IMG/VR virus record: IMGVR_UViG_2529293140_000005
Location: 1-37,403 of that record
DNA length: 37,403 nucleotides
DNA from: a virus
Lineage: Duplodnaviria; Heunggongvirae; Uroviricota; Caudoviricetes
Strand: one strand, 5' to 3'
This document shows positions 9,733 through 19,937 of this stretch, piece by piece. The position numbers were made by a program, and so were the translations under genes. The number at the start of each line of letters is the position of its first letter. Positions within the stretch are counted from its first letter, which is position 1. The notes under the pieces were generated by a model that saw only the letters and a list, made by a program, of their open reading frames with translations, ran no database searches and was not told the origin of the DNA.

Positions 9733-10473
9733 ATGGCAAAACCGGACTGGGGAGCACTGCAACACCAGTTCCTCGCCGAGCATGCCAAAACAGGAATATC
9801 CCCGAAAGACTGGTGCGCAGCGCAGGGACTGAATTACTCATCTGCGAAACGCTATATCAAAGTAACGACTTACGGTGCGAATTCGCAAAAAAAAAGTGCG
9901 AACAAATCTGCGAATTCGCAGAAGGAGAAAGGCGGGGCCAATAAAAACGGGAAGGTGAAAAAAAACCAGCCCGACACAGGCGCCCGCTCAAAATCTCCAG
10001 AAACGAAACCGATACGCGGATCGCGCACCGCACCGCCGACGAACGCCTTCCAGCCTGGCAACCAGAACGCATTAAAGCATGGTGGCTATGGCCGCCGGAT
10101 GCTGCTCTCTGACGCCATCACCGAAGATGCCCAGATGCTCACGCTCGACGATGAGCTTTTCTGGCTGCGAGCGGCGAGCCTGACAGCGGCAGAGAATATC
10201 GGGCGCTGGCAGACAGAGCTGGAGACAGCCGCCAGCGAGCAGGCCAAAGATCTACACGACCTCATCTCTCAGGCGCAGAAAGCCATGCATCGCAACACTG
10301 CGCGCATTGAGTCGCTGGAGTACACCAAGGCGGCGATTATCAAGCAGCGCGTTGATGCCGCTTACCGCGAAGCCGCGACCGAAAAGGTTGAGCTCGAAAT
10401 TGATGTACTGAAAGACGGCGACAAGGATAACGCGATCGTCGTGCATAACTCGCTGCCAATACCGGGAAGATAA
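9733..10473 (+). CDS. Terminase small subunit
   Basis: Directly upstream of the large subunit; N-terminal HTH-like segment; basic low-complexity linker; internal palindromes. Confidence 0.65.
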   Translation: MAKPDWGALQHQFLAEHAKTGISPKDWCAAQGLNYSSAKRYIKVTTYGANSQKKSANKSANSQKEKGGANKNGKVKKNQPDTGARSKSPETKPIRGSRTAPPTNAFQPGNQNALKHGGYGRRMLLSDAITEDAQMLTLDDELFWLRAASLTAAENIGRWQTELETAASEQAKDLHDLISQAQKAMHRNTARIESLEYTKAAIIKQRVDAAYREAATEKVELEIDVLKDGDKDNAIVVHNSLPIPGR

Positions 10474-10476
10474 ATC

Positions 10477-11808
10477 ATGGCCGACATTTACCTACCCACG
10501 CTACACAACGGGCAGTTAACGGTCTGGTCTGATTCCTGGGATCACCAGTTGAATGCGGTTCGCTGTGGTCGACGCTGGGGGAAAACCTTCATGCTGTCGA
10601 GCGCCGCGGTGACCTACGCAACGTCGCAGTTTCGGCGCCCGGGCATGGACATCGAGCTGGGCGGCCGGGTCGGTATCTTCACTGCCGAGTATCGCCAGTA
10701 CCAGGAGATCTACGACAAGCTGGAAGAAATCCTGTTGCCGCTGAAAAAGAGTTTCAGCCGGCAGGAAAAGCGCCTGCTGCTGAAGAACGGCGGGAAGATT
10801 GACTTCTGGGTCACCAACGACAACAAACTGGCCGGTCGTGGTCGTGAGTACGAAATTATCCTGATCGATGAGGCGGCTTTTACCAAGTCGCCTGAAATGC
10901 TGAAGGAAATCTGGCCGAAGTCGATTAAGCCGACGCTACTGACGACAAAAGGCCGGGCCTACGTATTCTCAACGCCTGACGGTGTGGATGAAGAAAACTT
11001 CTTCTATGCCATCTGCCATAACAAAGACCTCGGCTTCCATGAGCATCACGCGCCGACGTCATCAAACCCCTTCGTTCCTCCCGAGGAGCTGGAGAAAGAG
11101 CGACAGAACAACGATCCTCGCGTTTTCCGGCAGGAGTTCCTGGCCGAGTTCGTCGACTGGTCCGCTGCGTCGCTGTTCGACGTCCGCAAATGGTTCGAGG
11201 GTGAAAACCAGGATCAGCCTGTCGATTACCCTGAGATGTGCCAGGCCGTTTTCGCTGTCATGGATACCGCCGTTAAGGGCGGTACTGATCACGACGGCAC
11301 GGCGGTGGTTTACTACGCCGTAGACACCCGGCCCGGAATTCAGCGCCTGACCATTCTTGACTGGGATGTGGTGCAGATCGACGGCGCGCTGCTGGAAGAG
11401 TGGATTCCGTCCGTTTTCACCCGGCTGAATGAGCTATCCGGCCAGTGCGTCGCTGTAAATGGCAGCCTCGGCGTTTTCATTGAAGACGCCAGTATGGGCA
11501 GCATCCTTCTGCAGAAAGGCGAGAGCCTGGGATGGCCGGTCAACAAAATTGAATCCGCCCTGACCAGCAAAGGGAAGGACGAGCGCGCCATTATGGCCTC
11601 TGGGTATCACTACCGCGGGCTGGCGAAAATATCCCGATACGCCTACGAGAAGACGGCAGTCTTCAAGGGCGAAACAGCAAACCATCTGCATAAGCAGGTA
11701 TCACGATTCCACCTTGCCGATAAGAACGCGCACAAGCGCGCCGACGATTTGCTGGATGATTACACCTACGGGCTGATCATCGCGTTCGGTAGCGGCGACG
11801 CACTCTAG
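10477..11808 (+). CDS. Terminase large subunit
   Basis: 443 aa; Walker A-like CGRRWGKTF; acidic motifs ILIDEAA and FAVMDTA consistent with ATPase and nuclease domains. Confidence 0.8.
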   Translation: MADIYLPTLHNGQLTVWSDSWDHQLNAVRCGRRWGKTFMLSSAAVTYATSQFRRPGMDIELGGRVGIFTAEYRQYQEIYDKLEEILLPLKKSFSRQEKRLLLKNGGKIDFWVTNDNKLAGRGREYEIILIDEAAFTKSPEMLKEIWPKSIKPTLLTTKGRAYVFSTPDGVDEENFFYAICHNKDLGFHEHHAPTSSNPFVPPEELEKERQNNDPRVFRQEFLAEFVDWSAASLFDVRKWFEGENQDQPVDYPEMCQAVFAVMDTAVKGGTDHDGTAVVYYAVDTRPGIQRLTILDWDVVQIDGALLEEWIPSVFTRLNELSGQCVAVNGSLGVFIEDASMGSILLQKGESLGWPVNKIESALTSKGKDERAIMASGYHYRGLAKISRYAYEKTAVFKGETANHLHKQVSRFHLADKNAHKRADDLLDDYTYGLIIAFGSGDAL

Positions 11809-11819
11809 CGAGAAAACCA

Positions 11820-13235
11820 ATGAACGAAGATGATATCGCAATCGGCAGTTGCTCGCCGGAGCTGATCACGCTCCTGGACAGCGATGACATTCAGCCGGGT
11901 ATGTCGGCTGGCTATCAGACCTGCAAAACGATTTACCTCTTCCACCCGTTGGGAGGGAAAATGGTAGATCGCCCGATCAAGATGGCGATGAACGAGTCGC
12001 GCACGGTTCACATTTCGCAGGCGTATGGCATTGAGCAGCGTCTCCGCGATGCATTTGAGCGGGAGTGGAAAGCACTGGGCGCCGATAAGCACATCGCTAA
12101 TGCGGCGCGCATCTCTCGCATTTACGGTGTTTCGGCGATCGCAATGCTGGTTGATAACCAGGAGCCGTCCTCTGCGGTGGACTACCGCACGCTGTATAAG
12201 CACAACGTGACATTCAACATTCTCGACCCGCTGAACACTGCCGGAAGCATCGTCCTGAACCAGGATCCGAACGCGCAGGACTTTCAGAAGGTCGACGGGA
12301 TCAGAGTGGCGGGCAAGCCGTATCACAAATCCCGCTGTGTTGTGCAACAGAACGAGGACCCGATTTATCTGGCCTATAACTCTGCGGCCTTTGGCTTTAC
12401 CGGTCGCAGCGTTTACCAGCGCGCTCTGTTCCCGCTGAAATCCTTCATCCAGACCATGCGCACCGATGACATGGTTTCCGTGAAGGGTGGCTTGCTGGTA
12501 ACGAAGATTCAGGGACCGAGCTCAGTCGTCAACAACATGATGCAAAAGCTCAGCGGCATCAAACGAATGATGCTGAAGCGAGGGAAGACAGGCGAGGTCC
12601 TGCAGATCGGCGCAAATGACAGCATCGAATCCATCGACCTGAGCAACCTGGAAAAGCCGCTCGACTCCTCCCGGAATCACATTCTGGAGAATATCGCTGC
12701 GGCAGCTGACATGCCGGCTATCATTCTGAACTCGGAAACATTCGCCCAGGGCTTCGGCGAGGGGACGGAAGACGCTCGATCTGTTGCAGTCTACATCGAC
12801 AACATCCGCGAGTGGCTTGAGCCGCTGTATGACTATTTCATCCGTATTTGCCAGTATCGCGCCTGGAGCATTGAGTTTTTCAATTCTCTGCGTGCTGACT
12901 TTCCGGAGCTGAAAAACACCTACAGCCTGTATTTCTCCTCATGGATTAACAACTTCGAATATCGCTGGCCGTCATCCCTGAAAGAGCCGGAAAGCGAAAA
13001 AGTGAAGGTCGACGAAATCCGCTTTAAGGCCATCGTCAGCATGCTGGAAGTCCTTCTCCCGCAGGTCAACACGGATGATGAGAACCGCGCGCTTCTTATC
13101 GAGTGGGCGCAGACCAACGCGAACGCTAACGAAAGCCTGTTCCCGCAGCGACTTGATCTCGATATCGACTCGTTAAAGGCTAACCGGCCTGAACAGCCAC
13201 GGGATGAAGAGCCCGGCGGCGGGATGATGCTATGA
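11820..13235 (+). CDS. Portal protein
   Basis: 471 aa immediately after the terminase; size and position. Confidence 0.7.
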   Translation: MNEDDIAIGSCSPELITLLDSDDIQPGMSAGYQTCKTIYLFHPLGGKMVDRPIKMAMNESRTVHISQAYGIEQRLRDAFEREWKALGADKHIANAARISRIYGVSAIAMLVDNQEPSSAVDYRTLYKHNVTFNILDPLNTAGSIVLNQDPNAQDFQKVDGIRVAGKPYHKSRCVVQQNEDPIYLAYNSAAFGFTGRSVYQRALFPLKSFIQTMRTDDMVSVKGGLLVTKIQGPSSVVNNMMQKLSGIKRMMLKRGKTGEVLQIGANDSIESIDLSNLEKPLDSSRNHILENIAAAADMPAIILNSETFAQGFGEGTEDARSVAVYIDNIREWLEPLYDYFIRICQYRAWSIEFFNSLRADFPELKNTYSLYFSSWINNFEYRWPSSLKEPESEKVKVDEIRFKAIVSMLEVLLPQVNTDDENRALLIEWAQTNANANESLFPQRLDLDIDSLKANRPEQPRDEEPGGGMML

Positions 13236-14053
13236 AGACTTTCACGCGCACCGTACGCGAGGCGGTGAAGTTCTTTCTGCGCAATGGCTACACCTCGCGG
13301 CAGGAGCTGGAGCAATGGCAGGCCATTATCCGGCAAGCGGCCGAAAGCGAAACTGATGACGACTACATGAGCATGGTGTCCGATCGGTTGCGTAAGACCT
13401 ATGACCTGCAGGTGAGCAAGGCTGGAGCGCTGGAGCGCCACAAGGGGCTTTCACGCTTCACGCTGAACTACATGGAGCCGAAGTTACGCAGCGAGCTGGA
13501 TCGCCGCATCCTGGCCAGCGCTGACCTGATAAAGCTGAATCGTAAGAAAGCCATCGACACTACTCTGTCGCGGTTTAGCGGATGGGCCAGCAGCATTCCC
13601 TCAGCAGATAGCATTGCGCGGACCGGCATTCAGGGAACGATGCGGGAGACGGCGGCGCACATTCAGAAGGCCGCCGAGAAGGTGGACTATGAAGCGCGCC
13701 GCGTGATGATTGACCAGAACCATAAGCTGATCGCCAATATCGACAACATCATCGCGACGGGCAACAACGCGATTGCTGCCGAGTGGCATAGCCACTGGCG
13801 CCAGCCAGGGTACGACTACCGGGAAGATCACAAGGAGAGGGACAAGCTGATCTATCTCATCCGCGGGAACTGGGCGCAGAAAAATGGCTATGTCAAAGCT
13901 GGCCCTGCCGGCTATCTCGACGAAATTACGCAGCCTGGCGAAGAGGTTTTCTGTCGGTGCTACGTCACCTATCTGTACAACCTCCGCAGCATTCCCGAGG
14001 ACATGCTGACCCAGAAGGGCCGCAAGTTCCTGGAGTCCATGAAAGCAGCATAG
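13232..14053 (+). CDS. Head morphogenesis protein (Mu F / SPP1 gp7-like)
   Basis: 273 aa after the portal; family assignment from memory of that family. Confidence 0.55.
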   Translation: MKTFTRTVREAVKFFLRNGYTSRQELEQWQAIIRQAAESETDDDYMSMVSDRLRKTYDLQVSKAGALERHKGLSRFTLNYMEPKLRSELDRRILASADLIKLNRKKAIDTTLSRFSGWASSIPSADSIARTGIQGTMRETAAHIQKAAEKVDYEARRVMIDQNHKLIANIDNIIATGNNAIAAEWHSHWRQPGYDYREDHKERDKLIYLIRGNWAQKNGYVKAGPAGYLDEITQPGEEVFCRCYVTYLYNLRSIPEDMLTQKGRKFLESMKAA

Positions 14054-14065
14054 GAGCATTAAAAC

Positions 14066-15679
14066 GTGGCTATTTTTGGCAGCGGGATAATGTTCCGTCA
14101 GGGGAAGTTCGTCTTCCTGATCCAGCGCTCGGATGATGGCACATGGTGCCAGCCGGGCGGGACGATAGAGCCGGGAGAGTTAGCCATAGACGCCGCACGG
14201 CGCGAGGTGCTGGAGGAAACAGGCTATCAGTACGATGGCCCGCTGACGCCGCACAGCGTACATGGTGACTACCTGACCTACCGCGCCGACGTGCCGGAGC
14301 AATTCGAAGCGAAGATAAACGACGAATCGCTGGCCGCCGGATGGTTCCATATTGACGATCTGCCAAAGCCGCTTCATCAGCCATTCGCTGAAATGCTGGC
14401 GCAGCAGGCGCTCAACGAAACCGACGTGGCCGCGCTCATCGCTGACGGAACGCTCAGCAGCCCGCAATATTTTTACAACATGTGGATGTTCGCCATCCGG
14501 GTGACCGGAACAGGGGTTGCCTGGCGATCTGCAGATCAGGAGATGACGTTCCGTAACCCGGACGACTATCTCACCCCTGAATTTCTCCAGCGGGTAGCTG
14601 GCGTACCACTTATCTGGCTTCACCCCGAAAAAAGAACACTTGATAGCGACGAGTTCTCAAAGCGCGTTATTGGCACCCTGACAAATGCCTGGGTTGCCGA
14701 TAAGGGCGAAGTGTGGGCCGTTGCGCGTGTGTACGACGCCGAAGCTGCTGAAATTATGGCAACAAGGCAATTAAGCACCTCGCCAACTGTGAAGTTCTCA
14801 GAGGTTGCTCAATCAATCATTGTCGACGGTCAGCCTCTACTGGTGGAGCCATCCCCCGAGCTGCTCGACCACGTTGCAATTTGTGAACAGGGCGTGTGGG
14901 ACAAGCTCCTTGCCCCTACCGGTGTTAAATCTGATTCCATTCCTGAAGAGGCTGAAAAGATGGACGAGGAAAAAATCGTAGCGCTGATTAATAAGGCGAT
15001 CGATGCGCGTTTGGCTAAGGCCGACGAAGAGAAGGAAGCGAAAGCCAAGGCTGACGCCGAAGAGGCCGCCAAGAAAGAAAAGGCTGACGCAGAAGACAAA
15101 GAAGCGGAAGAGGCGAAAGCTAAAGCCGACGCGGAAGAGAAAGCCGCGAAGGAAAAAGCTGATGCTGAAGCCAAAGAAAAGGCGGATGCCGAAGAGGCTG
15201 AGAAAATGGCAAAAGAAAAAGCCGACTCTCAAATCCTCCAGGAAATTGCTGAGCTTCGCTCCCGCATTCCTACCGAACTGAGCGACGAAGAGCGCAACGA
15301 AGTTGCAGAAGCGCAGGTGAAAGCCGATAGCGTCTTCTCCAGCTTTGGCAAACGCGCCCCGATCCCGCTGTCCGGTGAAAAACCGATGGCGTATCGCCGC
15401 CGTCTGATGATTCAACTGCAGGAGCATTCTCCGGACTACAAAGCCGTCGATCTCTCTGCCATCGCTGATTCTCAACTGCTGAGCACTGCCGAAAAGCATA
15501 TCTACGCTGATGCGCAGAAGGCGGCCAGCCTGTCAGTTGGTCCCGGTATGCTGCGCGAGATTAAGCGCGCCGATGCAACCGGTCGCCAGATCAGCACCTT
15601 TGAAGGCGATCCCGCCGTCACCTGGGCGCCGTTCCAGTCTGGCAAGCGTCAGGTCACCAGTTTTAACAACCAGGCTTAA
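14066..15679 (+). CDS. Head scaffold-position protein with an N-terminal Nudix hydrolase domain and a central K/E/A-rich coiled-coil repeat region
   Basis: Canonical Nudix box [24 protein letters not shown] (G-x5-E-x7-REUxEE-xGU) at about residues 30-52. Residues ~310-380 are KADAEE/KEKADAE repeats. GTG start with AGGAG RBS. Confidence 0.7.
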   Translation: MAIFGSGIMFRQGKFVFLIQRSDDGTWCQPGGTIEPGELAIDAARREVLEETGYQYDGPLTPHSVHGDYLTYRADVPEQFEAKINDESLAAGWFHIDDLPKPLHQPFAEMLAQQALNETDVAALIADGTLSSPQYFYNMWMFAIRVTGTGVAWRSADQEMTFRNPDDYLTPEFLQRVAGVPLIWLHPEKRTLDSDEFSKRVIGTLTNAWVADKGEVWAVARVYDAEAAEIMATRQLSTSPTVKFSEVAQSIIVDGQPLLVEPSPELLDHVAICEQGVWDKLLAPTGVKSDSIPEEAEKMDEEKIVALINKAIDARLAKADEEKEAKAKADAEEAAKKEKADAEDKEAEEAKAKADAEEKAAKEKADAEAKEKADAEEAEKMAKEKADSQILQEIAELRSRIPTELSDEERNEVAEAQVKADSVFSSFGKRAPIPLSGEKPMAYRRRLMIQLQEHSPDYKAVDLSAIADSQLLSTAEKHIYADAQKAASLSVGPGMLREIKRADATGRQISTFEGDPAVTWAPFQSGKRQVTSFNNQA

Positions 15680-15694
15680 CGGGAGCTCTGAAGC

Positions 15695-16555
15695 ATGGCT
15701 AATTTATCTCTTAACCCGATGGCGACCACGAATGCCGCTGGTTCCTTCGGTGTGCAGTCTGATGGCTTCATTCAGGGCGTTGCTCTGGATGATCCGGCAA
15801 ATCGCTTTAACCTGGCGTCCGGCACTGTCGCCGCCACCGAAACCAAACCGCTGTGGGGTGGCCTGCCGGTTGCCGAGTTGCTGCCCGGCGTGAACTCCAG
15901 TCCTCGCGGGTCGACTATTCGTCGCGCTGTGTCACTGGCTGAACTCGAAGGCTTCACCGTCTTCAACCAGGCCCACAACGGCCTTACCACTCCGCAATCA
16001 CCGGTTCCGCTGTATGCGTCCGGCATGAGCGTTTCATTCTACCGCCTTGGATCCAACATGCGCGTTCCGCTGAAAGCTTCAGCGCAGGTGGTAGCGCTCG
16101 GAACCGCTGGAGCATCGGTGAAAACGCCGCTGGCGTGGGACTTCGTCAATAACCAGGTGACCACCGCAGCCGCGGCGGCTTTTGCCGGTGCTGACATTGA
16201 CACGACCGCTGTTACCTACTCGAACGGCGTGGCCACCGCCACCACTGCCTCTGCACATGGTCTGACTGCAGGCCAGTACGTGAAGATCAGCGGAGTAGCT
16301 CCGACTGCCTATAACGGCACCGTCGTTGTGCTGAGCGTGCCGAGTACGACAACCTTCACCTATGCGCCTGCCAGCGCGCCGGGCGGCTCCGCGACCACGC
16401 AGGGCACTATCGGCGCTGTTGCTCAGGCAGACATCACCCTGCCAGTGAAAGTCATCTCCATCGAGAGTGGGAACTCTAAAACTGTCAGCTATGACAGCGC
16501 TACGGGCTTCCTTACCTGGAACAACACCGACAGCTGCGCGCTGGTCTTACTTTAA
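15695..16555 (+). CDS. Head accessory/decoration-type protein with a C-terminal Ig-like domain
   Basis: 286 aa between the scaffold-position gene and the capsid gene. C-terminal domain shares a motif with the sheath and a baseplate protein. Confidence 0.45.
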   Translation: MANLSLNPMATTNAAGSFGVQSDGFIQGVALDDPANRFNLASGTVAATETKPLWGGLPVAELLPGVNSSPRGSTIRRAVSLAELEGFTVFNQAHNGLTTPQSPVPLYASGMSVSFYRLGSNMRVPLKASAQVVALGTAGASVKTPLAWDFVNNQVTTAAAAAFAGADIDTTAVTYSNGVATATTASAHGLTAGQYVKISGVAPTAYNGTVVVLSVPSTTTFTYAPASAPGGSATTQGTIGAVAQADITLPVKVISIESGNSKTVSYDSATGFLTWNNTDSCALVLL

Positions 16556-16568
16556 TCGGGAGCTTTAA

Positions 16569-17600
16569 ATGGCTGCAATTACCCCCAGCTACACCATCGT
16601 CAACCCGTCGTATATTGCGCCGGAGTTGATCATTGGTTACCAGCAGGCGTCCGGTGCGTTCGAAACCATCGCCAGCGGTAACCCGCAGGTCCGCCTTGGC
16701 GTAGGCGACCAGTACGTTTATATGCGCCGCCTGGATATTCGTACCCAGGTAACCTCCAGCCAGTCCGGCAACGCCAACCAGCTGCCGAGCGTGGCGCTCG
16801 AGGCGCGCATGATCTCCACTCCAACCTACCTGTTCCGCTGCCGTGGTATCTACGATCACCACGACACCGCGGCGGCCGGTAACTGGAACGTGGCTCTGCC
16901 AGAAGCTCAGCGTCTCGGCATGCGTCAGGGCATCTTCCAGCAGTTGCGTTCTGCGCTGCTGTACGGCATGAACCCGGCAGGCGGCGAAGGTCTGCTGAAC
17001 ACCGCAGGCGCGACCACCGAAACCCTGCCGCCGGACAGCAACAGCAACACCACTGTGCTGACCTACGACCATGGACAGATGGCTGTCTATCTGCTGGGCC
17101 ATGTACAGGCCGCGCTGACCCGCACCATGCAACTGGGTCGCCAGCAGCGTGTTGTTATCCTCGGTCCGCAGCGAGTGCTGGGCGCGATGGAGATTCAGCA
17201 GATCGTTCAGCTGACATCTTATCAGCGTCCTGGCGGCGGTACTGATACCGTCGGCGGCACCGTGAAAGAGGTTCTCCGTGGCGCGAATGTTCAGGTTGAC
17301 TGGGTGTACGACGACACGCTGATCGGCGCCGGTGCCGGCGGTACTGACGCGGTGGTTATCACCGTCCCGGAAGTGGAAGTGCCGATGGCCAACTCCACCG
17401 TGAACACCAACGAATTCGCCAAACTGAGCCCGTCTCTGGCGGCGAACGCCCTGATGTTCACCGACATGGCGGCACCGATGGAAATCCCGACGCCAATCCC
17501 CGGGGGCGCTATCGACGTGCTGTCAGAAATGCGCTCTACGGCTGGCTGGGCAGTCCGTCCGGAAGCTATCACCATCCTGTCGATGAAATACAGCGACTAA
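16569..17600 (+). CDS. Major capsid protein
   Basis: 343 aa, strong RBS, followed by a strong terminator; position in the head module. Confidence 0.6.
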   Translation: MAAITPSYTIVNPSYIAPELIIGYQQASGAFETIASGNPQVRLGVGDQYVYMRRLDIRTQVTSSQSGNANQLPSVALEARMISTPTYLFRCRGIYDHHDTAAAGNWNVALPEAQRLGMRQGIFQQLRSALLYGMNPAGGEGLLNTAGATTETLPPDSNSNTTVLTYDHGQMAVYLLGHVQAALTRTMQLGRQQRVVILGPQRVLGAMEIQQIVQLTSYQRPGGGTDTVGGTVKEVLRGANVQVDWVYDDTLIGAGAGGTDAVVITVPEVEVPMANSTVNTNEFAKLSPSLAANALMFTDMAAPMEIPTPIPGGAIDVLSEMRSTAGWAVRPEAITILSMKYSD

Positions 17601-17624
17601 AACTCGAAATTGAGAAGTGCTTAA

Positions 17625-17658
17625 GCCTCTGCATGGTTCGCTGTGCAGGGGCTTTTTT
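17625..17658 (+). terminator. Rho-independent terminator after the capsid gene
   Basis: GCCTCTGCA / TGCAGGGGC 9-bp stem followed by TTTTTT. Confidence 0.6.
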
Positions 17659-17672
17659 ACGAAGGGTAAACA

Positions 17673-18155
17673 ATGAAACTGTACATCGCCAACACTACCA
17701 AGCAGCGCCACATCTTCACTTTCCGCCAGCTGGAAACCGGGCGCCTTCGCCAGATCCCCATTGAGCACGGCTCACAGATGCTGGTTCTGGATGGCTCGAC
17801 CGAAGAAGTCGAAGCGGTTATTCAGCATCATCAGGTTTACGGTCTGGTTGACTCAACCAAAATCGACCAGAGCCAGGCATTTGTCGGCCTGTGCTACAGC
17901 ATCAACAAACCCGTTTCCGCCAGCGTTATTGAGAAAACCATTCGCGATAACGATGGTCATCTGACCCGCGGGGCTCATAACCGCCGGCAGGCATCCGTCG
18001 CCGCGCTGGATAACACACTGCGCGAAAGCGGTATCGGCTACGAAGGTGACATGGAATTCAGCGCAGAGCAGGCCAAGGGGCGCGATGACCATTCAGACGA
18101 CCCGACCATCAACGAAAAAATTGTCACGCCGAAAGCCGGGAGCAAGAAGAAATGA
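17673..18155 (+). CDS. Hypothetical protein (head/neck module)
   Basis: 160 aa ORF; acidic/basic C-terminus; no recognised motif. Confidence 0.45.
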   Translation: MKLYIANTTKQRHIFTFRQLETGRLRQIPIEHGSQMLVLDGSTEEVEAVIQHHQVYGLVDSTKIDQSQAFVGLCYSINKPVSASVIEKTIRDNDGHLTRGAHNRRQASVAALDNTLRESGIGYEGDMEFSAEQAKGRDDHSDDPTINEKIVTPKAGSKKK

Positions 18156-18580
18156 CCACCAGTCTGTCGGGATTCATCGAATTCGTTCGATCTGATATGG
18201 GCATCACCCCCGACCAGGTTCCCGACGACTCGCCGTCTTTTTCTCTCGCCTATGGCGGCGCCGTTGAATGGGTAAACCCTGACATCGCGTGCGTTATGCC
18301 GAACATGTACAGCATCGCGGTTTATAACCTTGGGGCGTCGTTTCTCATCAATTACGGGACAGAGACCGTGTTCGCCAATTTCCGTAGCCAGTATGGGCTG
18401 AATGACTTCAAGGCCGGGGTTATTACGGGGGCCGGGGATAACTCTACCAGCGCCCAACGCCTGGTTCCGGACTTCTTCAAAGACCTGTCGCTGGCAGACC
18501 TGCAGATGCTGCAGGACCCGTGGGGGCGTCGCTATCTGATGATCGCTCAGCAGTTCGGGAGCCTGTGGGGCTTGTCATGA
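18152..18580 (+). CDS. Putative head-tail connector/head completion protein
   Basis: Overlapping start/stop in the operon; size; position. Confidence 0.4.
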   Translation: MTTSLSGFIEFVRSDMGITPDQVPDDSPSFSLAYGGAVEWVNPDIACVMPNMYSIAVYNLGASFLINYGTETVFANFRSQYGLNDFKAGVITGAGDNSTSAQRLVPDFFKDLSLADLQMLQDPWGRRYLMIAQQFGSLWGLS

Positions 18581-19011
18581 TCACCTTTCATCTGGGCGTT
18601 ATCGATATCCCCTACGAGGGCGAGAACACCACGACGGGGAGCGTAGCGGAAGAGCTGGAAGCAAGGTATCAGATTATGCAGACGTTCTTTGACCGCTACG
18701 GGAACGACATCGCTGAGCTGATGAGCAAAGACCTCGCCGCAGCGCTTGAAAACATGTTCGCTGGCGCGCCGCCGGCAAAAGACCCGCTCGCTGAGTCAAT
18801 GTCCAAAGTTCACGATCTCTTTGTCGGCTTCCTCGATAACACCGAGATGAACGGCCTCCCTGGCGTACCAACGCGCCGCGCGCTTGAGGGAATATCGAAG
18901 CGCTTTAAAGGCAAAAAGGGGCCGCCACGCCCTTCGTTCATTGACACAGGAACCTATCAGGCAGCTATGCGAGCCTGGGTAAGCGGGGTGCTGAATGCCT
19001 TCCCTGAGTGA
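18577..19011 (+). CDS. Putative head-tail joining protein
   Basis: ATG at 18577 overlapping the upstream stop; position. Confidence 0.4.
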   Translation: MITFHLGVIDIPYEGENTTTGSVAEELEARYQIMQTFFDRYGNDIAELMSKDLAAALENMFAGAPPAKDPLAESMSKVHDLFVGFLDNTEMNGLPGVPTRRALEGISKRFKGKKGPPRPSFIDTGTYQAAMRAWVSGVLNAFPE

Positions 19012-19933
19012 GTTACAGAACGCCAAAACCGAGCTTAACGCTACCCTGACACAGGGGCTGGATGATCTGAGCCGGTTCCAGGTGGTGACGTTCACGAAGT
19101 ACATCAGAAAGGTACTTCCGCTCGATGGCTTCGTGTTCTGGGTGAAAGCCTCGGTCCTGTCAGACGATCCGAACAATGAGCCGGATACGGTAGATGTGAA
19201 AGGTTATTTGCACCTGACGACCGAAACCATTCAGGACGACGAGCAACTGTACGATCGCAACGTGGTGACGTTCACCGCGCAGGCGGACATCGACCCGTTT
19301 AACGACATCGGGTCAGAGGTGCTGTACATCGGCGAGTTTTTTGGCGTTCAGTTCTCGTTCTCCCGGCGTACCGGGCTGAATGAGCCGGCGAACCTGTACC
19401 ACTACACCGGAGAGGCAATTTTCCCGCACATGCGGTCGCAGATCATCAACTCTGCGGATGACATAGACCTCTCTGACGTAGTGGTGTCGAGCTCGTTGCC
19501 GATCTGGCTGGCCCTGAATCAGTACATGCCGATGTTCCCGGCGATGCTCTCAACGCAGAACCTTTCGCCGCCCTATGCGACAGTGAAATGCAGTAACACG
19601 TCACCGATCGCCGGCGCGTTCTATCTGGACGAGAAGCAAAACCAGTATCAGCTGGTATCGGAAGATGTCACGCTTTCGGTCACCGGCCTGCGTAACGCCA
19701 GCATTGAAGACTTCGTGCGGTATGTGCAGGACTATACGACCGGAGATGCCCCGGAGATGGGGATCATGAATATTCCCGTCGTGCAGGATGAGCGAGTCAC
19801 TCAGAACGAGCTCAACATCATCGCCATGCGTAAGACCATCAAATTCAAAATCAATTACTACCAGCAACGGATGCGTAATTTAGCGCGCCAGTTGATCACG
19901 TCTGCAATTCCGTCCATTGACCCGGAGAAATAA
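18995..19933 (+). CDS. Putative neck/tail completion protein
   Basis: 312 aa immediately upstream of the sheath gene. Confidence 0.4.
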   Translation: MPSLSELQNAKTELNATLTQGLDDLSRFQVVTFTKYIRKVLPLDGFVFWVKASVLSDDPNNEPDTVDVKGYLHLTTETIQDDEQLYDRNVVTFTAQADIDPFNDIGSEVLYIGEFFGVQFSFSRRTGLNEPANLYHYTGEAIFPHMRSQIINSADDIDLSDVVVSSSLPIWLALNQYMPMFPAMLSTQNLSPPYATVKCSNTSPIAGAFYLDEKQNQYQLVSEDVTLSVTGLRNASIEDFVRYVQDYTTGDAPEMGIMNIPVVQDERVTQNELNIIAMRKTIKFKINYYQQRMRNLARQLITSAIPSIDPEK

Positions 19934-19937
19934 GTAA

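Noticed and set aside
11805-12347. 180-aa minus-strand ORF
   Set aside because: Antisense to the portal gene; no independent support.
14837-15499. 220-aa minus-strand ORF and the 15003..15281 + strand K/R-rich ORF
   Set aside because: Both arise from alternative frames of the KADAEE coding repeat in the scaffold-position gene; low-complexity artefacts.
16512-17132. 206-aa minus-strand ORF
   Set aside because: Antisense to the major capsid gene; GC-rich spurious frame.
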